From positions 608,001-672,000 of the forward strand of contig CAWJCS010000006.1 of NCBI GenBank assembly GCA_963841435.1: DNA of 64,000 nt, read 5' to 3'. The position numbers were made by a program, and so were the translations under genes. Origin of the DNA: an uncultured delta proteobacterium. GTDB taxonomy: Bacteria > Myxococcota_A > Polyangia > Polyangiales > Polyangiaceae. This document shows, piece by piece, positions 11,649 through 21,715 of this stretch. The notes below the pieces were generated by a model. That model was given only the letters and a program-made list of their open reading frames with translations, searched no databases and was not told the DNA's origin. Each line of letters starts with the position of its first letter. The stretch's first letter is position 1.

Positions 11649-11666
11649 TCGGCACCATTTTTGAAT
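11649..11666 (+). promoter_or_regulatory. Possible sigma-54 -24/-12 promoter
   Basis: TCGGCACCATTTTTGAAT has GG-N10 spacing with TTGA instead of TTGC; about 20 nt upstream of ATG 11687. Confidence 0.35.
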
Positions 11667-11686
11667 CCAGGGCCGACCAGACACCC

Positions 11687-11875
11687 ATGAACGACACGAC
11701 CCTCCCGACGACGCGCACCGGAGATCCCGACGCGGTGGCAACCTTGGCGCGGACTATTTACCGCGAGTTTCGGGCTGGGGGCTTCAATGAGCGGGACGTG
11801 ATGGCCCTCGCGGGGGAGCTTTTGGACCTCGTGGCGCGCGACGTGGGTGGAGATCGCAGCCCCCAGCACGGCTAG
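11687..11875 (+). CDS. Small helical hypothetical protein (62 aa)
   Basis: MNDTT...TLARTIYREFRAGGFNERDVMALAGELLDLV, amphipathic helix pair with high GC3. Confidence 0.7.
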   Translation: MNDTTLPTTRTGDPDAVATLARTIYREFRAGGFNERDVMALAGELLDLVARDVGGDRSPQHG

Positions 11876-11959
11876 CTCCGCCCGGCGATCACCCGCCACT
11901 CGAGCCCGACCCCGGGCTCGTGATTGACACGAGGGTACCCGGTTGGACATGGTTGTGCC

Positions 11960-13741
11960 GTGATTTCACCGGGTTCCGGAGCCAAGGCCCCAAGCTTCGC
12001 GGTGTTGATCCACGAGAAGGGGGGCTCCGAGCGCCGGGAGCGCTTTGCGAGCGCCGAGATTAGCGTCGGCCGCGTCCAGGGCAACGACATCGTCCTGCCC
12101 AAGGGCAACGTGTCGAAGCGGCACGCGCGGGTGCTCTATCGCGACGGCCGCTTCATCATCACGGACCTGAACAGCACGAACGGCACGTACGTGAACCGTC
12201 GCCGCATCACGCAGGCGACCATCGTCAGGGAAGGGGACAAGATCTACGTCGGCGACTTCGTTCTGAAGATCGAGCCGGCGCGGGCGGGTGACGAGGCCGA
12301 GCCCTCGCTCGAGCCCGAGTCCGCCCGTACGACGTCGCGCAGCGACTCGCAGCCCCCGTCGGTGCCGGAGAGCCCCTCGTACGCCGGGCGCGGCAGCATC
12401 CCGGACGAAGTGCCGGGCCGCCCGACGACCATGTCGCTCGAGCCGTCCACCCCGGCCGCCACGCCGCGGGGCTCGGAAAGCGCCGAGCTTGCCGAGCACA
12501 CGGAGCCGAGCGAGGTGATTGGCGCGCTCGTCGCTAGGGTGGCCGAACGCCTCGGGCCCGGCCGCGATCTCGGTCGGCCCGGCGACGCGCCGCTGCAGCA
12601 AACCGTTGACCGGCTGCTTCAGGAGACCTGGGCCCAGATGGAGCACGAGGCCGTCGGCCTCCCCGCCGATCGGGTGCTCGGGCGCGCTCGCGCGGAGCTC
12701 GTCGACCTCGGGCCGCTCGGGGATCTCATCGCCGACGAAAGCGTGCTCGAGATCGGCATCCCGCGCTTCGACCGGCTCGTCGTCGCCCGCGCCTCGCGCC
12801 CGACCAGCGTCGAGCCGGGCTTTTCGTCGGAGCTCTCGCTCGGCTGGGCCTTGCACCGGCTCTGTGAGCAAGGTGGCGCGCCGCTGCGCGCCGGCGAAAC
12901 GTTTTTCGAGCGCCGCCTTTCGGGTGGCCTCGGCCTACAAGGGGTGCTCGCCCTTGGTCCGGCGGGGGCACTCGCTCACCTGCGCCGCCCCAAGCGTCCG
13001 TTGCATTCGCTCGAGGATCTGCTGCGGCGCGGCACGCTATCGCGCGCCATGGTCTCTTTCCTCCAACACTGTCTCGTCGCGCGCCTGAACTTGCTCGTCG
13101 TGGGACCGCGCGACGGCGGCGCGGAGGTGCTGCTCGGCGCGCTCGCGATGTCGCCGGTCGACGGCACGCCCGTCTGGGTATCGGAGGCGAGTCAGGCTCC
13201 GCTGCCGGGCATGCCTCGCCTCGACCCCTCTCAGCCCGCCGAGCGACTGCAGCGCGCGCTGCGCCTCGCCGCCCGCCTGCCGGGAACCCGCCTCATGGTC
13301 GATCTGATGCAGCCGGGCATGATGGGCGCCGTCGTCGAGGTCACGGGCGAGGGGACGGACGGCGTGGTCGGGTCGCGTACCGGCGCCGGCCTCGGGCGCG
13401 CCCTCTCCCGCCTCGCCGTCGAGCTCACCGCTCAGGGCCTCGCGCCGAACCTCGCCTCGGCCCGCGAGCTCGTGGCTGGCTCGTTCGACCTCGCCATCGA
13501 GGTGCTAAAGCTCCGCGACGGCCGCCAGCGTGCGGTGCGTATCGCGGAGATCCAGGGCGCGGGGTTCGAGAGCTTCCAGCTGAGCGACATCTTCAGCTTC
13601 GTCGCCGACCGTACTGCCGCTGGCGGCGTCATCGAAGGAACGTTCGTCTCGAGCGGCACCGTCCCCCGCATCGCCGAAGCCATGCGTGCGCGCGGCGTTC
13701 AGCTCGAGACGGCGCTGTTCTCGCGCCCGATGTCGCGCTAG
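11960..13741 (+). CDS. FHA domain fused to a degenerate CpaF/TadA-type ATPase fold
   Basis: FHA (VGRVQGND, VSKRHA, DLNSTNGTYVN). C-terminal half has CpaF landmarks (GPLGDLIADESVLEI, SLEDLLRRGTLS, LRDGRQR..IAEI) but Walker A reads GPRDGGAE. Start uncertain. Confidence 0.8.
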   Translation: MISPGSGAKAPSFAVLIHEKGGSERRERFASAEISVGRVQGNDIVLPKGNVSKRHARVLYRDGRFIITDLNSTNGTYVNRRRITQATIVREGDKIYVGDFVLKIEPARAGDEAEPSLEPESARTTSRSDSQPPSVPESPSYAGRGSIPDEVPGRPTTMSLEPSTPAATPRGSESAELAEHTEPSEVIGALVARVAERLGPGRDLGRPGDAPLQQTVDRLLQETWAQMEHEAVGLPADRVLGRARAELVDLGPLGDLIADESVLEIGIPRFDRLVVARASRPTSVEPGFSSELSLGWALHRLCEQGGAPLRAGETFFERRLSGGLGLQGVLALGPAGALAHLRRPKRPLHSLEDLLRRGTLSRAMVSFLQHCLVARLNLLVVGPRDGGAEVLLGALAMSPVDGTPVWVSEASQAPLPGMPRLDPSQPAERLQRALRLAARLPGTRLMVDLMQPGMMGAVVEVTGEGTDGVVGSRTGAGLGRALSRLAVELTAQGLAPNLASARELVAGSFDLAIEVLKLRDGRQRAVRIAEIQGAGFESFQLSDIFSFVADRTAAGGVIEGTFVSSGTVPRIAEAMRARGVQLETALFSRPMSR

Positions 13742-13784
13742 CACGCGCCCGGCAAGCAGCGCTCGAGGCGCGGGCTAGTCCGCG

Positions 13785-14309
13785 CTACTCCGCTTGCACG
13801 TCACGCTGCTCTTTGCGAGCCTGCGCGAGCTTTCGCCCCATCATGCGCTTCTTCAGGGCGTTCAGCTTGTCGATCATCAGCACGCCGTCGAGGTGGTCGG
13901 TCTCGTGCTGAATCGCGACGGCGAGCAGCCCCTCCGCCTCGAGCTCGAAGGAGCGACCCTCGCGGTCGAGGGCGCGCACCTTCACACGCTTGGCGCGCTT
14001 GATCTCTTCACGCACTCCTGGAAACGAGAGGCAACCCTCGTCCCACGCGACCTGGCCGTCCTTCTCGAAAATTTCAGGATTGATGAACACCCTGAGATCG
14101 CTCGGTTCGTCTTCCTCGGCGCAATCCACCACGAAAATCCTGTGCATTTCCCCGATTTGCGTGGCGGCGAGGCCACAGCCGGGCGCCGCGTACATGGTCT
14201 CGGCCATGTCGTCGACGAGCGTCTGGATTTCCGGCGTCACCGCCGCGACGGGGTTTGCGACCTCGCGCAGGCGCGGGTCGGGGTACTCGAGAATCGGTCG
14301 GATTGCCAC
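13785..14309 (-). CDS. def: Peptide deformylase
   Basis: GCGLAATQ, EGCLS, QHETDHLDG. Confidence 0.97.
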   Translation of the reverse strand: MAIRPILEYPDPRLREVANPVAAVTPEIQTLVDDMAETMYAAPGCGLAATQIGEMHRIFVVDCAEEDEPSDLRVFINPEIFEKDGQVAWDEGCLSFPGVREEIKRAKRVKVRALDREGRSFELEAEGLLAVAIQHETDHLDGVLMIDKLNALKKRMMGRKLAQARKEQRDVQAE

Positions 14310-14344
14310 GCTAAAAGCAATCTAACACCGGTCTCCGAGGTGCG

Positions 14345-15475
14345 CTACTGGCCGCCCGCGGGAGGACGCGCCGCTTTCTTCGGAACGACGAGCGGACCCC
14401 ACACGTACGCGTCCGAGCCGCAGAGCTCCCAGTGCGCGGGGTCGATGCGCGGCGCGTCGGGCGGGCTCTCGGGCCCGGCCCAGTCCACGGCCCCCGGGCG
14501 GCCGCGCGGTCCGAGCAGGACCGGCGCGACGAATACGTGCAGCTCTTGCGGGAGCTGGGCCGCGAGCAGCGAACCGGCGAGCTCCGCGCCGCCCTCGCAC
14601 AGCACGTTGACGACCTCGCGCGACGCGAGCTCGGTGAGGATGGCGAGTGGGTCGCAGCGGCCCTCCGCGGTCGCAGCGACGCGGATCACGCGCACGCCGA
14701 GTGCCTCGAGCTCCTCGGCGGCGGAGCGCGGCGCCGCGGACGTCGTGATCACGCAGGTCGGCACCTGCTGTGCGGTCTGCACCACCTGGGCCGTGGGCGG
14801 GATCCTGAGCTTGCTGTCGACGATCACGCGGATCGGGTTGCGACCCGGCACGTCGCGCACGGTGAGGCGGGGATCGTCGGCGAGCACGGTGGCGACGCCG
14901 ACGAGCACGGCGTCGTGCTGGGCGCGCAGCTGGTGCACGCGCGTGCGGGACTCCGAGCAGGTGATCCACTTCGACGCCCCCGTGCGGGTTGCGATGCGCC
15001 CGTCGAGCGAAACGCCGAGTTTGAGGGAAAGGTAGCTCTTGCCCGTCGTGATGAAATGACTCCACGGCCGAATGAGCTCGAGCGACTCGGCCTCGAGCAC
15101 GCCGACCTTCACCTCGACGCCCGCGGCTTCCAGGCGCTCGAGGCCGCCGCCCTTGACGCTCGGATTCGGATCGCGGCAACCGACGACGACCCGACGCACG
15201 CCCGCCGCGAGGATCGCATCGACGCACGGCGGTGTCCTGCCGTCGTGGTTGCACGGCTCGAGCGTCACGTAGAGCGTCGCACCCCGCGCTTTCTCGCCCG
15301 CGCCCGCGAGCGCCACGATCTCCGCGTGGTCGGCGCCGGCGGCCGTGTGGTGACCCTCGCCCACGACCGCGTCGCCGAGCACCACCACCGACCCCACGTG
15401 TGGGTTCGGCGACGGATCACCGTGGCGCCCGAGCTCGAGCGCGCGTTGCATGAAGGCGGGTTCGGCGTCCTTCAC
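14345..15475 (-). CDS. ribD: Riboflavin biosynthesis deaminase/reductase
   Basis: PNPHVG, HAE, TLEPCNH..RTPPC, SLDGRIA, DDPRLT, EGG. Confidence 0.96.
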   Translation of the reverse strand: MKDAEPAFMQRALELGRHGDPSPNPHVGSVVVLGDAVVGEGHHTAAGADHAEIVALAGAGEKARGATLYVTLEPCNHDGRTPPCVDAILAAGVRRVVVGCRDPNPSVKGGGLERLEAAGVEVKVGVLEAESLELIRPWSHFITTGKSYLSLKLGVSLDGRIATRTGASKWITCSESRTRVHQLRAQHDAVLVGVATVLADDPRLTVRDVPGRNPIRVIVDSKLRIPPTAQVVQTAQQVPTCVITTSAAPRSAAEELEALGVRVIRVAATAEGRCDPLAILTELASREVVNVLCEGGAELAGSLLAAQLPQELHVFVAPVLLGPRGRPGAVDWAGPESPPDAPRIDPAHWELCGSDAYVWGPLVVPKKAARPPAGGQ

Positions 15476-15942
15476 GGCTGTTTGTCGCCCCGTGCTTGCA
15501 TCATGTCATCCATTTCCGCCATGAACTCGTCGATGTCTCGGAAGGACTTGTAGACACTCGCGAAGCGCACGTAGGCGACGCCGTCGAGCTCCTTGAGCCG
15601 CGCCATCACGCGCTCGCCGACGGCGCCCGAGGAAATCTCCTTCTCGCCCCGCTCGGCGAGCTCGCGCTCGAGCTCCGCGGCGGTCTCCTCGAGCCGATCC
15701 GTCGCGATCGGACGCTTGTTGCAGGCGATACGCAGGCTGCGCAGGATCTTGTCGCGCTCGAACGGTTCGCGCTGGCCGTCGCGCTTCACTACGACCGGTA
15801 AGGCGTGCTCGACGCGCTCGTACGTCGTGAAACGCCGCTGGCAGGCGTCGCAAGCACGCCGGCGCCACACGGCGGTACCCCCGGCTGCGTCGCGGGAGTC
15901 CACGACGCGGCTCTCCATGGCTCGACAGTAGGGGCATTGCAT
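15472..15942 (-). CDS. nrdR: Transcriptional repressor NrdR
   Basis: MQCPYC..VVDSR..RRRAC..C..RFTTYE, ATP-cone, AYVRFASVY. Confidence 0.97.
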   Translation of the reverse strand: MQCPYCRAMESRVVDSRDAAGGTAVWRRRACDACQRRFTTYERVEHALPVVVKRDGQREPFERDKILRSLRIACNKRPIATDRLEETAAELERELAERGEKEISSGAVGERVMARLKELDGVAYVRFASVYKSFRDIDEFMAEMDDMMQARGDKQP

Positions 15943-16008
15943 GAAAGTCCGGGGACGACGGGTCGCGAGCTCCACGGCACGGGAGCGCGACCGGGAGCTT
16001 AGCGACCT

Positions 16009-17253
16009 TCAGCCGTCGAAGGCCGAGTAGACGAGGCAGGCGTTGGTGCCGCCGAAGCCGAAGGAATTCGTGAGGACTTTCCGGACTCGTCGCTCGCGCG
16101 CCTTGAGCGGCACGAAATCGAGAACGCAGTCGGGGTCCGGATCCACGAGATTGATGGTGGGCGGGATGACGCCGGTTTCGATGGCTTTCAGACACACCCC
16201 CGACTCGACCGCGCCGGCGGCGCCGAGCAGGTGCCCCATCATGCTCTTCGTGGAGCTCACCCACAGCTTCTTGTCGAGCGCGTGGGCCCCGAACACGTCG
16301 CTGATGGCCCTCGACTCCTCGGTGTCGCCCGCGGGCGTCGAGGTGCCGTGCGCGTTGATGTACTCGATCTGGTCGGGGTTCAGCTTCGCGTCCTTGAGTG
16401 CCAGGCGCATCGCCCGCGCACCGCCCGCGCCGTTCGGCGAAGGCTTGGTGATGTGGTACGCGTCGCTCGTCGCGCCGTAACCGATCACCTCGGCGAGGAT
16501 GCGCGCGCCGCGCCGCTTCGCGCGCGTGAGCGTTTCGAGCACGAGCGTGCCCGCGCCCTCTCCACACACGAAGCCGTCTCGCCCGCGGTCCCAGGGTCGG
16601 CTCGCGCCGGCCGGGTCGTCGTTGCGGCGGCTCAGGGCAAACATCGCGCTGAAGCCCGCGATGCCGATGGGCGAAATCGTGGCTTCGGCGCCGCCGGCGA
16701 CCATGACGTCCGCATCACCGCGCTGCATCCAGCGCAGCGCCTCGCCGATGGCGTGCGCGCTCGAGGAGCAAGCGCTCGTGTGCGAGAGCGTCGGGCCGCG
16801 CAGGCCGTGCGCGATCGACACCTGGCCCGCGGCCATGTTCGCGATCAGCGAAGGGATGAAATAGGGGCTCACCTTGCCGGGGCCCTTGTGCTCGAGCGTC
16901 AGCGTGCACCGCTCGAGGTTCTCCAGGCCCCCGAGGCCCACTCCGATGAAGACCCCGGCCCGTTCTCGCTCCTCTTCGCTGAGGTCGAGCTGGGCCTGCT
17001 CCATCGCCATCTTCGTGGCGGCCATCGAGAAGGGGATGAAGCGGCCGACCTCTTTGATCTTCTTCTTCTCCATGAACTCGGCGGGCTCGAACCCCTTCAC
17101 CTCCGCCGCGATGCGCGTCGCGAACGCCTCCGTATCGAAGAGCGTGATCGGTCCTGCGCCACTCTCGCCTTTGACGAGCGACTGCCAGCTGGCATCGACT
17201 CCGATGCCATTCGGCGTGACGAGGCCGAGGCCAGTAACTACGACGCGCTCCAT
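16009..17253 (-). CDS. fabF: 3-oxoacyl-ACP synthase II
   Basis: [31 protein letters not shown]. Confidence 0.97.
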   Translation of the reverse strand: MERVVVTGLGLVTPNGIGVDASWQSLVKGESGAGPITLFDTEAFATRIAAEVKGFEPAEFMEKKKIKEVGRFIPFSMAATKMAMEQAQLDLSEEERERAGVFIGVGLGGLENLERCTLTLEHKGPGKVSPYFIPSLIANMAAGQVSIAHGLRGPTLSHTSACSSSAHAIGEALRWMQRGDADVMVAGGAEATISPIGIAGFSAMFALSRRNDDPAGASRPWDRGRDGFVCGEGAGTLVLETLTRAKRRGARILAEVIGYGATSDAYHITKPSPNGAGGARAMRLALKDAKLNPDQIEYINAHGTSTPAGDTEESRAISDVFGAHALDKKLWVSSTKSMMGHLLGAAGAVESGVCLKAIETGVIPPTINLVDPDPDCVLDFVPLKARERRVRKVLTNSFGFGGTNACLVYSAFDG

Positions 17254-17322
17254 GCCCTACTTCTGGGACGGCCCGCGCTCGGCCAGGGCCACGTCGGGCC
17301 CGTGGGCCGAGCCAGCGGGAAC

Positions 17323-17571
17323 CTAGCTCGCGAGATGCTTCTCGATGTAATCGACGGCGTCCTGGACGGTGCGGATCTTCTCCGTGTCCTCGTCGGGGAT
17401 GTCGATCTCGAAGGCTTCTTCGAAGGCCAGCACCAGCTCGACCAAGCCGAGGGAATCGGCTCCGAGGTCGTCGATGAACGTCGACTCGGGCTTGATGTCC
17501 TTTTCGTCGACGTCGAGCTGCTCCTTGATGATCCGCTTTACTTCGGCCGTGATGTTGCGACCTTCAGCCAT
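17323..17571 (-). CDS. acpP: Acyl carrier protein
   Basis: [29 protein letters not shown]; lies in the fab operon. Confidence 0.96.
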   Translation of the reverse strand: MAEGRNITAEVKRIIKEQLDVDEKDIKPESTFIDDLGADSLGLVELVLAFEEAFEIDIPDEDTEKIRTVQDAVDYIEKHLAS

Positions 17572-17659
17572 GGTGCCTCTTTCGTTCTGGGGCGCCTCTA
17601 CACCAGCGAGTTGCCCGCTTGCATGCGTTTTTTGTGGATAGCAAGTCAATCCCCAACAA

Positions 17660-18412
17660 TTACATGTACATCCCACCGTTGACGCGGAGGGCATGTCCGG
17701 TGACGTAAGCCGCTTCGTCCGAGGCCAAATAGGCAACGGCGGCGGCGATTTCCCGCGAGGTTCCCGTGCGGCCCACGGGGATTGCAGCCACGGTCCGCTC
17801 CCGCTGCTCGTCGGTCATGCCGCTCGTCATGTCGGTGTCGACGAAGCCGGGAGTGATGGCGTTGACCGTGATGCCGCGCGATGCGTACTCGAGCGCGAGG
17901 CTCTTCGCCACACCGAGCAGCGCGGCCTTCGACGCGGCGTAGGCCGTCTGGCCGGCGTTGCCGCGCTCGCCGACGACGCTCGACATGAAAATCACGCGCC
18001 CTGCTTTCGCCCGCATCATCACCTTGATCGCCGCGCGAGCGCAGGCGACCGAGCCTTTGAGGTTCACGGCGAGGGTGCGCTCCAAGTCTTCTTCCTTGAG
18101 GCGCAGGAGCAGCCCATCGATGGACACACCGGCGTTCGCCACGAGGATGTCGAGGCGACCCAGGCGCTTGGCGAGCTCCGCGATCGCGGCTTCGGCGGCG
18201 ACGGTTTCGGAGATGTCGAGGCGCAGCGCCTCGGCGCTCCGGCCGAGCCGCTGAACACTTTCCACGGTTTCGCGCGCGGCGGCCTCGTTGCCGACGTACG
18301 TGATGACGACGTTGGCGCCTTGCTCGGCGAGCGCTTCGGCCGCAGCCCGGCCTATGCCGCGCGAGCCGCCGGTGACGAGCGCCACCTTTGAGCCGAGGTC
18401 GAACAAGGCCAT
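17660..18412 (-). CDS. fabG: 3-oxoacyl-ACP reductase
   Basis: [36 protein letters not shown]. Confidence 0.96.
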   Translation of the reverse strand: MALFDLGSKVALVTGGSRGIGRAAAEALAEQGANVVITYVGNEAAARETVESVQRLGRSAEALRLDISETVAAEAAIAELAKRLGRLDILVANAGVSIDGLLLRLKEEDLERTLAVNLKGSVACARAAIKVMMRAKAGRVIFMSSVVGERGNAGQTAYAASKAALLGVAKSLALEYASRGITVNAITPGFVDTDMTSGMTDEQRERTVAAIPVGRTGTSREIAAAVAYLASDEAAYVTGHALRVNGGMYM

Positions 18413-18764
18413 GAGCGGCGGCCTGTTTAGCACGCCCGGCCTCCGTGCAAAGCGAGATTGTGGCGTCGGGCGTCCTCCGCCGCCTCGGTGCGAAGGCGGG
18501 TACGCTCCCGCGCGGAACTGGTTCTACCGCTTCCGCGGCGATGCTGGGCGCTCCATTCAGGGCAGCCCGGGGCTCGTCGAAGAGCAAAGCTCCCGCTCGA
18601 AACGGCCCGAGCTGCGCGTCGAGCCGGTGCATGCCGAGCCGGCGCCCGCCCCCACGTCCCGGCCTGCCGGCACTCCGGCCACGCGACGGGCGCGGCGGAA
18701 AACCCATCGCTCGTGATGGGCTCGAGCATCGTCGAAGCGGGCGCACCACCGTGGAAGCGGTGCA

Positions 18765-19706
18765 CTAGGGGAGAAAGGCGCGTACCTCCGAGAAGCGCTC
18801 GGGGTCGAAGCACCCGAGGACGCTCACGCGCTTGTCGATGCGCTTCACGAGCCCCAAAAGCACCTTGCCCGGGCCGATCTCGAGCGCTCGTGTCACCCCC
18901 GCCTCGGCGACGTATTGAATCGAGGCGTCCCAGCGCACCGGTCGATCGATCTGGGCGACGAGCAGCGCTCGCACGCGCGTGCGGTCCTGGTTCGGCGCCG
19001 CATCGACGTTGGCGACGACGGGAAACGCGAGCTCGCCGATGGTGATCGTCTCGAGCGCCTCGTCGACGGCGCGCGCCGCGGGCGCCATGAGCGCGCAATG
19101 AAACGGCGCGCTCACCTTGAGCGGGATGCCCTTGAGCTTCTGCTGCTGGGCAAGCTCCACGGCGCGGCTCACTGCGCCCGCAGTACCCGAGATCACGATC
19201 TGGCCCGGCGCGTTGAAATTCGCAGGGGAGAGTACTTCTCCGCCCGCGGCTTGCTCGCAGAGCGCGGCGATCGCTGCCGGGTCACCGCCCATGATCGCGG
19301 CCATCGCGCCCTGTCCGGGTGGTACCGCCGCCTGCATCGCGCGGCCGCGCAGGTGCACGAGCCGCACGGCGTCCTCGAGCTCGATGGCGCCGGCAGCAAC
19401 GAGCGCGCTGTACTCCCCGAGCGAGTGCCCGAGCGCGAAGCGCGGTGCCGGCAGGTCCGGTAGCGCCTCGCGCAGTGCGGCGAGCGCGGCGATGCTCGCC
19501 GTCACGATTGCCGGCTGCGCGTGCTCGGTGAGCGTGAGCTCTTCCTGGGGGCCCTCGAAGCAGAGCTGGGAGATCGAGTAGCCGAGCGCCGTGTCGGCTC
19601 GCTCGAAGACCTCGCGTGCGGCCTTCGACGCCGCGACGAGCGCGCGTCCCATCCCCACTTCCTGCGTTCCTTGTCCGGGAAAAAGCCAAGCAACCACGAT
19701 GTTCAC
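18765..19706 (-). CDS. fabD: Malonyl-CoA:ACP transacylase
   Basis: LFPGQG, GHSLGEY, SAPFHC; GTG start overlaps the fabH stop. Confidence 0.96.
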   Translation of the reverse strand: MNIVVAWLFPGQGTQEVGMGRALVAASKAAREVFERADTALGYSISQLCFEGPQEELTLTEHAQPAIVTASIAALAALREALPDLPAPRFALGHSLGEYSALVAAGAIELEDAVRLVHLRGRAMQAAVPPGQGAMAAIMGGDPAAIAALCEQAAGGEVLSPANFNAPGQIVISGTAGAVSRAVELAQQQKLKGIPLKVSAPFHCALMAPAARAVDEALETITIGELAFPVVANVDAAPNQDRTRVRALLVAQIDRPVRWDASIQYVAEAGVTRALEIGPGKVLLGLVKRIDKRVSVLGCFDPERFSEVRAFLP

Positions 19707-20698
19707 ATCCTCACGAGCGCGCTCCCCCACGAGATACCCGCTCCGAGCGCGCACATCAACACGGTGTCGCCCGGGCGAATGCGACCGTCACGCACGCCTT
19801 CGTCGAGGGCGAGCGGGATCGAGGCGCTCGACGTGTTGCCGTAGCGCTCGATGTTGAGCACGAAACGCTCGAGCGGGATGCCGAGGCGCAGCGCGACCTG
19901 ATTGATGATGCGGAGGTTCGCCTGGTGCGGCACGACCCAGCGCACGCCGTTCGCGTCGAGCCCGGCCGCATCGAGCGCGGCGCGGGAGGCCGCCGTGAGA
20001 TTCTTGACGGCGACCTTGAAAATGTCCGACCCCACCATGAAGACCTTGTTGCGCTGGGCGCGCAGGCCCTCGACCGTGAGCGGCTCGCGGCTGCCACCAG
20101 CCGGGATGCACAGCGAGTCCGCGAGCGAGGCGTCGGTGTAAAGGCGCGTGGAAAGCACGCCCCTGCCGTCGTCGCCCGCCGGCGCGACGATGGCCGCTCC
20201 GGCGCCGTCACCAAAGAGGACGCAGGTCACGCGGTCCTGCCAGTTGAGGATGCGGCTGAGGAGCTCGACGCCGACGACGAGGATGCGCCGGTGCGTCCCG
20301 GTCTTGATGAACTGGTCGGCGATCGACAGGCCGTAGAGGAATCCGGCGCAGGCCGCGGAGATGTCGAAGGCGGGTACGGAGCGGGCCCCGAGCCTTCGCT
20401 GCAGGTAGGCGGCGCAGGCCGGCATCGGCAGATCCGCCGAGATCGTGCCCACGATGATCATGTCGAGGTCGGTCGGCTTCAGGCCCGCGGCATCGAGGGC
20501 GCGCCGGGCCGCCTCGAAGGCCATATCGCTCGCGGTCTCGTCTTCGCGAGCGATGCGGCGCTCGCGCATACCCGTCCGCTGCTGGATCCACTCGTCCGAG
20601 GTGTCCACCATGCGCGCGAGGTCCTCGTTCGTGAGGACGCGCTCGGGCGCGTAGGCTCCCGTGCCGACGATTTGGCTGCCGGGCCGCTCACTGCCCAT
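19703..20698 (-). CDS. fabH: 3-oxoacyl-ACP synthase III
   Basis: AACAGF, LFGDGAGA, PHQANLRI, GNTSSASIP. Confidence 0.97.
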   Translation of the reverse strand: MGSERPGSQIVGTGAYAPERVLTNEDLARMVDTSDEWIQQRTGMRERRIAREDETASDMAFEAARRALDAAGLKPTDLDMIIVGTISADLPMPACAAYLQRRLGARSVPAFDISAACAGFLYGLSIADQFIKTGTHRRILVVGVELLSRILNWQDRVTCVLFGDGAGAAIVAPAGDDGRGVLSTRLYTDASLADSLCIPAGGSREPLTVEGLRAQRNKVFMVGSDIFKVAVKNLTAASRAALDAAGLDANGVRWVVPHQANLRIINQVALRLGIPLERFVLNIERYGNTSSASIPLALDEGVRDGRIRPGDTVLMCALGAGISWGSALVRM

Positions 20699-20810
20699 GG
20701 CCGCTTCCTACGATCGCCGCCCGACCGGCGTCACCTAAAATGGTTGAACCACGTTCGGCCGGCTGGCCGCCTGCGCCGTGGAGGCGCTCGTCCCGCCAGA
20801 GGGGCGTGAC

Positions 20811-20999
20811 CTAGCCCGTGGTGTCGATCTTGATGACCTCGCGCGCCTTGTAGTGGCCGCAGGAGGGACAGACCCGGTGCGGCACCATGGGCGCCGAGCA
20901 GTTCGGGCACGGCACGATGTTCGGCGCGGTCACCTTGTCGTGCTGCGCACGACGCATGTTGCGTCGGCTACCGCTCTTTCTGCGCTTCGGTACGGCCAC
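20811..20999 (-). CDS. rpmF: 50S ribosomal protein L32
   Basis: MAVPKRRKS..RRA, CPNC...HRVCPSCG. Confidence 0.97.
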   Translation of the reverse strand: MAVPKRRKSGSRRNMRRAQHDKVTAPNIVPCPNCSAPMVPHRVCPSCGHYKAREVIKIDTTG

Positions 21000-21001
21000 G
21001 G

Positions 21002-21649
21002 CTACTCCTTTTCGGCCTGACCCCGGAGCCGCTCCAAAATGCCCTGGAGTGGCTTCAACCGGGGATCGATGGGCTTCGACGTTTCGGTCGGCCCAGCGAG
21101 GGGGGCGGAGCTTATGCTTTCTTCCGGCGAAGGCAAGTCGGAACGCCGCGGGTAGGGGGGGATTTCGAGCAGGATGAACTCCCTCACGAAGGGGTCGAGG
21201 ATGATTTCCTCCCCTGAGTAGGTATCTCGCGCCGCGTCCTCGTCCGAGAGCTCGGGCTCGAGCTCGCCCCGCCCTTTTCTCGGGCGTCCCTTGGCAGCGG
21301 TCACGCGATCAGCGGGGGCTTTCTCGCTGGTTTTCTTCAGTTTTTTGCCGCGAGCCGCTGGCTCCGCGCTGGGCTCGAGCACGAGGAGGACCTCGGGCTC
21401 GAGGTCGAAGGTGAGCGGCTCGAGCGTGACGACGCACGGGACCGTCACTTGAACCCGGCAGCGACCGCGGACGAGCACGTCACGCTCGTTCTTCATGAGC
21501 TCGAGGGAGAGGGTCCCCGCCTGGCCCCCCGGGGCCGCGTCGCTCTCGGCGAGCGCGCCGCGGAGCCAGCCCTCGGAGATTTCGAAAGTCACTCGGCGCG
21601 GCCCGTGCTCGAGGTCGCTCAGCTTGACGACGAAGCTCGGAGTCGCCAC
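21002..21649 (-). CDS. yceD: YceD/DUF177 family protein
   Basis: Immediately upstream of rpmF; PCVVTLEP, LDPFVREFILLEIP, IDPRLKPL. Confidence 0.88.
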   Translation of the reverse strand: MATPSFVVKLSDLEHGPRRVTFEISEGWLRGALAESDAAPGGQAGTLSLELMKNERDVLVRGRCRVQVTVPCVVTLEPLTFDLEPEVLLVLEPSAEPAARGKKLKKTSEKAPADRVTAAKGRPRKGRGELEPELSDEDAARDTYSGEEIILDPFVREFILLEIPPYPRRSDLPSPEESISSAPLAGPTETSKPIDPRLKPLQGILERLRGQAEKE

Positions 21650-21715
21650 GCGCCGAGCCTAGCACGGCACGCTGACCGTCGCCGGGGCCAGTCGCCTGGG
21701 TTAGCGTCCGACACG

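Noticed and set aside
17323-17571. ACP motif DSLG instead of DSLD as a sign of a specialised carrier
   Set aside because: The phosphopantetheine Ser is intact and the gene sits in the canonical fabG-acpP-fabF position; likely a lineage variant.
16009-20698. Type II PKS or secondary-metabolite cluster
   Set aside because: It is the standard primary fatty-acid synthesis operon with rpmF; no chain-length factor, cyclase or tailoring genes are present.
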